The position numbers and the translations under genes were made by a program. From the NCBI GenBank assembly GCA_002633005.1, contig NMRA01000290.1, forward strand, positions 312,748 to 376,747: a DNA stretch of 64,000 nt. The letters are read 5' to 3'. The notes beneath the pieces were generated by a model. The model had not been told where the DNA came from. It ran no database searches and saw only the letters and a list, made by a program, of their open reading frames with translations. This document shows positions 57,101 through 64,000 of the stretch, piece after piece. The stretch comes from Phoronis australis (Eukaryota; Animalia; Phoronida). The number at the start of each line of letters is the position of its first letter. Position 1 is the first letter of the stretch.

Positions 57101-60100
57101 CATATCTTCGAAATGAATACTTGGATTCATATTAAACTTTCTCATACAGTGCTTTATGCACTGTTCTTCAAAAGGCTAGTATGAATTGTACTCAGAATGT
57201 TCCACTTTTGAATGAGGGTCTATCAAACAGTAGGACTCAAATGATTTGATGAAAAAAAATCAGAAGTTGCATAAAACAAATGAAATGATTATTATAAAAA
57301 TGAAACAGAGAATTTCAGAGATTTCATCTTGAATAATTCTATCAAACCTTGATACCTTTGTTTTGCAAAATTTATTAACAAGAGCAACGCGGAGCGTTGA
57401 AATGCGCCCACAATTGCACCGCATACGGTATCCTTCTAGGGTTATTTATTGGTACCATAAAGTGGCCAGTAGAGGGCATACTTTGCAAAATGGAAAGGCA
57501 TGGTCATTGTCTCCTCAATAGGCTAGGGGCAAAATGTGAGTAATCTTCATAATACAAGCACATCCTATACACCAGTTGCTTAAAGCACCACAGAAACATA
57601 GAATTAAAAACAAATTTACCANTTATTTTCATAAAATGTACACTCAATTAGATAGATATTAAGCTAAATACTGATGCCAGTCAATAATGTCCCACATAAA
57701 CATATCACGATACTTGTCACTTTTCATAAAATTGGCATACGATACACTTTGTAGTCAAAGCAGTAGGACTCAGGGTCTGTTTAGTGCAAGACACTTCATG
57801 AGACGCTTATGGCCAGAAATATTGAGTCAAGGAAAATCATCACGCTAACAGCTTTTAACATTCCAGTCTCACCAACCAAACACTCTAGCAACAGCCATTA
57901 TGGTAGGGAACGCCTTGTAAAGCCGCAATCGTTTTCAAAAAATACTAGCATTTCACTCGCATGATATTGCCTGATTACAAAAGTGTAGTAAGAAACTCAT
58001 CTCACAAAATGCACAGCTGATGTGTGCTGCATGGATGAAGACCAAACAAACAGACTGACAGTTGAGGACAAGCACATTTGCGAGCATTGTTATTACTATA
58101 AAAACCTCCAGTTAAGGTGGAAATAAAATTACTCTGTAGCAGTTACACAATGTAACAAATATAAAATATCTACAGTAGTTTAACTTTCATTTTCGGATAT
58201 GCAAAAAAGGTATAAGAGGTTAGTGCAGATAGAACTACTTAATAATAAAAAATCTCAATTTACTACAGCTGGTTTTGACAACTTGCTTCATTACCTGGGA
58301 CAGGTTCTGGTTTCATCGCATCCTTCACATCATCGTCTTCAAAGAAATTTTCTTCAGGAACCTTTAGTGACATAAAACGATTCAAATTTCTCCTTTAAAT
58401 AATCGTAACATTACACCGCTTGCTTTGACATAAAACCATATCATGATCATCTTCATTGTTTGAACAACCACACTATACTTCAAAAAATGTATAAGTCTGT
58501 ATCAACTACTCCTTCATCAGCCATCAGGCTCACGGGACGGGCTGCTAACACAAGCTTTTGTAGCATAAGCGGGTGAAAGTCTCAACATTCCCTGGATGGG
58601 GCACAAGTCTACCACTGACTATACCTCGGTCGACACAGGCACTTCCTTTTACAACTGAGTTGAGCAACATCGCCCAAGATAGGAACTCTTTACCTATTGG
58701 TTAAGAGCGTACTACTCTTAATAACTGAACTATGAATGAAAAAATTATTAACTGCATAGTCAAGCGTTTTATCAAAATCTTGCTGATATAAAGTTTTTTG
58801 AACATCTGTATTGTTAGCGACCTTAACTCAAACTATTATCATTTAGAGGACTTTATGTTCTCAAACTGACACTAATTGGCTATTTTACAGATAAACAAAA
58901 AGTACAGTGATCCGAATCCAGAGTAGAGAGAGCATCCCCTCCCTTGTCACCTGATGATTGGTCAACGTAACTTATTTTGTCAACTATGACAGGCAATTTC
59001 CCACAATCCCCTACACACACAATGTATTCATCTCTCCGTAAACAGGATTACTGTTGCAAATGCACCACCACCACATGTACCAACCTCAACATTAGGTCTG
59101 TCGTAAAATATTTTCAAGTATCTCTGGAACGCCGTTTCCTTCGTTGCCTTGGTCGCTTTCGGTTTCTTCGACGCTACTAGCTGACCTTGCTTGATTTGGC
59201 GCAACTCTTCATCACGAGCTTGCAGCAAAGCAAACATCTGAAATAATTATGAAATGACGAATTTGTCACTTAGAAGGCATGTCTAGTGTAACACCACTTT
59301 TAAACACGCGTGTTTGGTTGCATGCCCTTAACCCAAGTCATACAAGGGTATTTCTTAAAAACCACACAATCATTTGCAGAAAGTTTCAATTTTCAAAATG
59401 CCTGTTATTGACAAATAGTATTTTCCATAATCTTGTTTTTATTTTCAGGACAAAGTGCTAAGAGTAAAAACAGTGACATAAAACAGTGACATTCCTCAAT
59501 CGATGACAAACTCCCCAAATATCACTGAAAATTAATACTTTCACAGTTGGATGATATTTTATCTCATAATAGCATTTTCATAATTTATCGGTAATTTCCA
59601 TGACTTACTATCAACAAAATGATCTGTGGTTATAAATGGTGGACAAGGTCCCTTAAATTTCAGGAAAATGTTGACAATAATTCAAATTTTAATGTCCGAG
59701 TTTAGGAAACTTTAATGAAAAACGAAAACATGCAACTCAAAATAAGGTTCAGTGCATTTAAAAAACATTATAATTAAAACATTTTTGCATTATTAAGAAA
59801 AGCAGAGTAATTATGAAAAGTCAGCCATGTGGGTACCAATTTTTTATTTAGTGGACTACAGAAAATATAGTAAAAAAATAAATAGACAAAAAAATCAAGA
59901 TTCTACCTTAGCTGTAACCAGAAAATAAATTGATTAATGAACAGGGCATGCTATTCCTCACTGCCCGTTAACAACACATTATCATTTCAACAAAGTAACG
60001 AGCTAAATGTTTCAGGAAAATCTACCAAGATACTCAAGATCATAAGATGTAAGACCTTATCTCTCAACTTCTGTTCCCTCATAACTTCTTCCGTTTCTTC

Positions 60101-60131
60101 AGCACTGAGAACATCCACAAAGTGCGTGTAC
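23892..60131 (-). CDS. Large WD-repeat family protein (WDR97/WDR87-like), C-terminal ~700 aa; 5' part lies beyond the right edge
   Basis: Phase-consistent core exons: 60131-60056, 59237-59085, 58361-58295, 57025-56742, 48666-48508, 38156-37911, 36397-35919, 34692-34581, 30310-30105, 26160-26084 and 24130-23892 (stop). They total 2098 nt and stay open. The family call rests on the recalled motif GFIPNSVLIRLLWP and a Pro-rich tract followed by QF...WF..YFP. No WD repeats are visible here, so the name is less certain than the structure. Confidence 0.7.
26084..26160 (-). CDS. WDR97/87-like penultimate exon
   Basis: KPNLVRLGEMHTSRCRPERETTYDV; tttttcag acceptor, gtgagt donor; phase 2 to 1. Confidence 0.85.
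27160..27790. repeat. Purine-rich degenerate tandem repeat
   Basis: Recurring ATGTAGCAGAA(T/C)TCAA..GGAA.GCCAACAGA and ACAGAAC.A.GATTGTAAGCATAAA blocks. Confidence 0.6.
30105..30310 (-). CDS. WDR97/87-like exon
   Basis: KHATPESLNVTFEQ...ATYVEAINYFCEIEHEKELDRLRR...NTVLVLPRLQ; donor gtaggt, phase 2. Confidence 0.85.
31705..31728. repeat. (GA)n microsatellite
   Basis: About 12 GA units. Confidence 0.9.
34071..34186. repeat. Minisatellite, 28-bp unit x4
   Basis: ATCTCAACATGACTGTGTGTGGCAACAC repeated four times. Confidence 0.95.
34581..34692 (-). CDS. WDR97/87-like exon
   Basis: (K)WITSFKIHIQDAMEKLQRGSAVSGRVNKSILKKEKTK; the phase 2 start matches the previous exon. Confidence 0.82.
35919..36397 (-). 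CDS. WDR97/87-like exon (helical C-terminal region)
   Basis: 479 nt, TLPKPWTVDAFVQMLLRL...VCSQWLE; tttcag acceptor, gtgagt donor; lies in the longest ORF of the track. Confidence 0.9.
37911..38156 (-). CDS. WDR97/87-like proline-rich exon
   Basis: IPEPPQEEPVPEPPKAKR...PPPPPPRERTPPPPTPTPPPPREPTPVPDFIMQFKGEVWFDKYFPNCNHN; ctctag acceptor, gtgagt donor. Confidence 0.9.
39163..39441. mobile_element. Degenerate Harbinger-type MITE
   Basis: Right end CTTCATGAAACAGACCCCAGG and decayed left end CTAGGAGTGTTTCAAGAAAG, both with an internal CTTAAG. Confidence 0.35.
39734..39835 (-). CDS. Candidate 102-nt cassette exon (TQEFLSEEHTLLPSVSPRSNRSRMSLRDDGVMIK)
   Basis: Pyrimidine-rich ctatag acceptor, AAG|gtattg donor, phase 0-0, locally GC-rich. 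Confidence 0.55.
42362..42645. mobile_element. Foldback/MITE-like element with 99-bp terminal inverted repeats and a 4-bp AATA target-site duplication
   Basis: 42362-42460 is the reverse complement of 42547-42645 with one mismatch. AATA lies at 42358-42361 and 42646-42649. Internal 51-bp periodicity. Confidence 0.85.
44630..44701 (-). CDS. Candidate 72-nt cassette exon (HIDLESFRQSLTQGWKSAKDAVEK)
   Basis: ttgtttcttcgtag acceptor, AAG|gtattc donor, phase 0-0, open. Confidence 0.5.
46134..46196 (-). CDS. Candidate 63-nt cassette exon (IVIQSDTPVPNSDELRGTPSD)
   Basis: ttctcttgtag acceptor, gtgagt donor, phase 0-0, open. Confidence 0.55.
46346..46498. mobile_element. PIF/Harbinger-type MITE
   Basis: TIR GGCCCAGTTGCATAAA / TTTATGCAACTCAGCC (2 mismatches) flanked by CAG on both sides; 3-bp CWG duplications are typical of animal Harbinger elements. 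Confidence 0.65.
47145..47318. repeat. Minisatellite, 57-bp unit x3
   Basis: TATGTTTGGATTGG(C/A)CTGAGTATTCAGTATCACTGATATTTG(A/G)GCATCACAACACAC at 47145, 47202 and 47259. Confidence 0.95.
47765..47791 (-). CDS. Candidate 27-nt cassette micro-exon (MPPARPDSI)
   Basis: ttttag acceptor, gtaagt donor, phase 0-0, TGCATG 15-20 nt downstream. Confidence 0.55.
48508..48666 (-). CDS. WDR97/87-like exon
   Basis: KTLSIRESSEIDFEDRTLVLSDDEE...MEEAMQRPLTPIE; ttatag acceptor, gtgagt donor. Confidence 0.85.
53950..54230. repeat. Diverged tandem repeat, ~87-bp unit x3
   Basis: TACATA(T/C)TAC...TCT(T/C)TGT(G/A)G(T/C)AACT...ATTGCAT...AGTAAA recurs at about 53972, 54058 and 54146. Confidence 0.75.
55331..55494. 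mobile_element. Degenerate MITE-like element
   Basis: 11-bp inverted repeat CAGACTATACC / GGTATAGTCTG around a CpG-rich interior. Confidence 0.4.
56742..57025 (-). CDS. WDR97/87-like exon
   Basis: VVEPYVPEREPTGFFPG...GFIPNSVLIRLLWPEYY...LAKRNSK; ttttag acceptor, gtatgg donor. Confidence 0.88.
58295..58361 (-). CDS. WDR97/87-like exon
   Basis: VPEENFFEDDDVKDAMKPEPVP; phase 0 to 1, donor gtaatg. Confidence 0.8.
58505..58733 (-). mobile_element. Degenerate tRNA-derived SINE
   Basis: Minus strand starts with A-box-like TAGTTCAGTTATTAAGAG and B-box-like GAGTTCCTATC, then a body resembling metazoan SINE cores; boundaries approximate. Confidence 0.5.
59085..59237 (-). CDS. WDR97/87-like exon
   Basis: MFALLQARDEELRQIKQG...AFQRYLKIFYDRPNVE; tttcag acceptor, gttggt donor. 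Confidence 0.85.
60056..60131 (-). CDS. WDR97/87-like exon
   Basis: ttttag acceptor; YTHFVDVLSAEETEEVMREQKLRDK; weak donor gtctta, but phase fits the next exon. Confidence 0.7.
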
Positions 60132-63100
60132 CTAAAATGATGGATCAAGAAATCACTTACCACGAAGCACTTAATCGTGATTACATAACTATAACTGTAG
60201 TTGCCACGGAAACAACAAAATTAATTAATTATTCAACAGATTCTGAACAATTGCCGCTGGGAAGAAGTGCAATATCCGATGAGCTGAATGAAGTGTATTA
60301 TTTCCAATCATGGCTATTGAGTATGATTAGAATACTCTTAATGTTTGGCGAAACACCAGTAAAATGAAACATTAGAAATATTACATTGATTTTAGTTCTG
60401 TATAAATTGGTGCCGGTCTTGGAAAATGCACTGCAGGAAACGAGAAACTGGAGTGCAATGAATCGCATGCAGGTGTTGATAGAGTTGAGCGTAGAACAGA
60501 ACAGAATCATCCATCTCTCTCAGGTAGAGCTATCTATGCCAGTTGTTCAAACAGTGGAAAACAATGAGAAAATGAAAACAAAATCATGCCTGAATTTGAA
60601 ATTGGCAACTACTAGAGAAAAATAAGCCTACAAGTACACAGACACGATTTTTAAGAAATGAGATGATGCTCAAGAGATCCTTAAAGTTCCATGCAATGAC
60701 ATTTTGAAACCCACCATTTTGGAATATCTTTTGGGGTGTAATCCTTTGTCTTGCTTTTTAATAAAGCGAGTTAGCAAATAATATACACATGATAAAAATG
60801 GACCAAACTCGGTTCATGGATTGCTTCAACGGGAAGATCCGCCACTGCCTACTGGATAAATTTCAGTTTAAAGTTTGATTTGACCTAATTAGTACCACGT
60901 GAATCTTTAACAGCTTCCAGAAATGTGCGCTTAGTCAAGACAAATAAGGCTCTATTGATGGCATGTATTTAATCATTTACAAATTTAGACAAAAGCTCAT
61001 TGTTCAACTATTCAGATAAACCTATCATGGAAAACTAAATAACCTTTCAATGTATACATCTTAAACAGCACAGAATCTTACGCTTGTAATTAACTTACAT
61101 TTTCCAAAAAAAAATTCACGCTTTAAATTTAATTTAATGCGAACTGGGCCAACTGTTGTCAACGAAATTCAACAGATGGCATAGTTGCAAATGCACCCTC
61201 CACCACAATGTTGCATGTAAGCACAAGCACGCACCAAGCAACACTTGGGTTCCCCTGGACACACAGTTCACTGCCACAATAAGGAATGCTGAATATTAGT
61301 AACCTCTCTGTGAGTTCATATACCGCATGTGCTTCCCACAACCACTGAATGTGCAATGTTCAATGACCAACATCCATTATGACCAAAGAAGAAATTGAAA
61401 GAAATGTGACTAAAGCACAATTTGAATGAAATTATACATCACTGATGTTAAAATGCAACCGAGAAGAAAAGTAAAACAGGGTCAAAAATACCATATCCTA
61501 GATGCTGAGATTTCTGCAAGATGCTCAACAAATAATAATGGGATACAGATGGAAGCCCAATGACGATGGACATCTCCTTGCAATAATGTCTTCCTTCATG
61601 ATCTCATTTGCAGTTTTGCAAGTGAAAAGTCTGACTTTCAAATGCAACCAACATTCCAACTTAAGTTGAAACTGGTTCAATTTTCATGTTGCTTGAATGT
61701 GCAATCAAGTTTTCCAAGGTCTTCCCCAAGAGATATTTGACTAAGCCAGATGACCATAGGTGTCTAATGTCCAAGCGAGGTACTTCATCTCCAAGAGAAT
61801 CTACGCCGCAGTATCCAAAAATATATCGTTCACAGTTTACGACCTATTAGAGTTCAGTCATTGTTAAATGGCTCTGCCTGTAAACATGCAAACACGTCAT
61901 AAAGAGTAGGGTATGTAGAAATACCCTGGCTTATACCTGAACCTAAAACATACACCACATAGTCCAAAGTAGACTGCAAGCAGCAAACAGAAGCAAAACC
62001 AGTTGAAGAAGTGGAAATGAAGCTGAAGCTAGGGAAACCAAAGAGATATATACATAGTGGACAGTTGAACAAGTCAGGGATCATAAGTACACAACGGCCC
62101 AACACCACCAAGCCATGTCAGAAACTGCCATCATAACTGTTTAGCATATTGGCCTTATCCTGTCTGTGGGAGCAATGTCAGAGGCTAGTTCCGCATTCTG
62201 AGCACGAGTGCAGAATGCACAATTAAGTCTCTTTGTAAGTAAGAGAAACTGATAAAATTGTGGAAAATTTAGTGGTACAACTCTAACAGAAAACGAGCAT
62301 AACTTTTTGATAGACACCCTCCTCTGTCTTTCAGACGTGCTAAGTTTCCTTTCCAAACAAATAATTCCCCGACTTTTTCAGGAAATTTAAAAGCCATACA
62401 GCAGCAGTCCGCTTTCCCTCAGTGTTTGCAAAAGTCAGTCAATCAGATTTACAGATTGTGATCAACAGAAAGCCACGGCATGCTTAAACAAATACTAAAA
62501 AGTAAGCACAACTGTTCGGAGCTTTGAAACCAAATCGCAGTTCTGACAATGGCCGGTGACATGGCGAAAGTCTGCATCATTTACCTAGAGTCATGTCTAT
62601 ATCTGTAAGAGACGTGTATTAGATGTTTAGTAAACAACAACAACTGATTAGGGCAACTCAAATTCAATATATTACCCACAATAAGGAACTCAAACTCACT
62701 GGGTGGCACCAGCTGAGACACGGACCAATTAAATGCATGCATTCAAGTTGTCACATGAGAATCCCATCTTGCCTATATCCCTGCCACGGTGTATAGATTT
62801 CAGTTTTCCATTTACTTAGAAAATAAAATGAAGATTTGTTTTTGTAAGCGCCACCTAGTGAATACAGCAAAATCTCACAAATTTCAGACAAAAATGAAAG
62901 CCAAAGTGACGCATTTTCCTTATTCAAAGGCTTCTAACATAACTGTGAATGTCCACAACTTCTTAAGACATGGTCTGATAATACACAATGAATCTTAATT
63001 TTTTATTTTCCATTTTTAAATGAATTCGTTGAAAATAGTGTACACACAAAAATAACATGTTTATGATTGAAGTTCATTTGATAATTTTGAATTTTTTTCT

Positions 63101-63403
63101 GAACATTTTGTTCAATCTTTTTTGGTTAAAATTAAGCTTTTCGAAATCCGATAAACTGACTCTGTTGTCAACATGTTGCAACTAAAGAGAATAGAGAGGC
63201 AAGGTCTGACATAACTGTACTAGGAAGTCGATCTTATTTAAATAGGGAAAATCTCATTTTGTACCGAACTGGAATGTAACGTGACGCAAATGAAAAATAT
63301 CCAGATATTTTAAAAAAAAATGGCTTGGTACGAAAGACTATCACTTTCTAAGCACATACCTGTCTTTGCTTTGAAAAACCAACAAACGAGATTTTGGTAA
63401 TTG

Positions 63404-64000
63404 GCAATTAAAAATTTGTGTGTAATGTAACGCAAATTTGCGTGCGTGATATAACGCAAAAATGCGTCACCTTACGCACTAGTGCGTAACGTAACGCAAA
63501 GATGCGTAATATCACGCATTTTTTTTCGTAATATGACGCACTTTTGCTTCATATTACTGGATTGTGCTTTACCGTTGAAATCTCGGATGCCGTAATGTGG
63601 AGTTCAGTTAGGGTAGATTGGATTTCACCATATTGGTCCTAACTCTTGCCATTTCTAATGACATTGGTTCGAAAGTTGTAAATGGAAATTCACCTGGTCC
63701 AGTTAAACNGCAATTAAAAATTTGTGTGTAATGGTAACGCAAATTTGCGTGCGTGATATAACGCAAAAATGCGTCACCTTACGCACTAGTGCGTAACGTA
63801 ACGCAAAGATGCGTAATATCACGCTTTTTTTTTCGTAATATGACGCACTTTTGCTTCATATTACTGGATTGTGCTTTACCGTTGAAATCTCGGATGCCGT
63901 AATGTGGAGTTCAGTTAGGGTAGATTGGATTTCACCATATTGGTCCTAACTCTTGCCATTTCTAATGACATTGGTTCGAAAGTTGTAAATGGAAATTCAC
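63404..64000. repeat. 306-bp direct duplication containing a TAACGCA/TGCGT subterminal-type motif array
   Basis: 63404-63708 is repeated from 63710 to the window end, separated by an N at 63709. Confidence 0.9.

Noticed and set aside
63404-64000. Real 306-bp tandem duplication
   Set aside because: The copies are nearly identical and split by a single N, typical of an unmerged contig overlap.

Overview
AT-rich, intron-rich eukaryotic DNA; most short ORFs in the track are noise. A marine invertebrate deuterostome origin is my inference from gene and repeat style. I assembled three spliced genes by hand from GT-AG sites and codon phase. (1) The first two coding exons of a TLC-domain (TLCD1/2-like) gene on the minus strand. 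(2) A complete 8-exon INO80B/Ies2 gene (~296 aa) on the plus strand, head-to-head with the TLCD gene. (3) The C-terminal ~700 aa of a large WDR97/WDR87-like gene on the minus strand, running off the right edge, with a cluster of candidate frame-preserving cassette/micro-exons. The introns carry MITE-like inverted repeats, a 284-bp foldback element with nested palindromes, tRNA-derived SINE remnants, minisatellites and a degenerate Penelope-type hammerhead motif. Two apparent tandem duplications abut single-N joins and are probably assembly or haplotype artefacts. I found no CRISPR array, rRNA or intact tRNA, and nothing I can confidently call a new multi-gene system.
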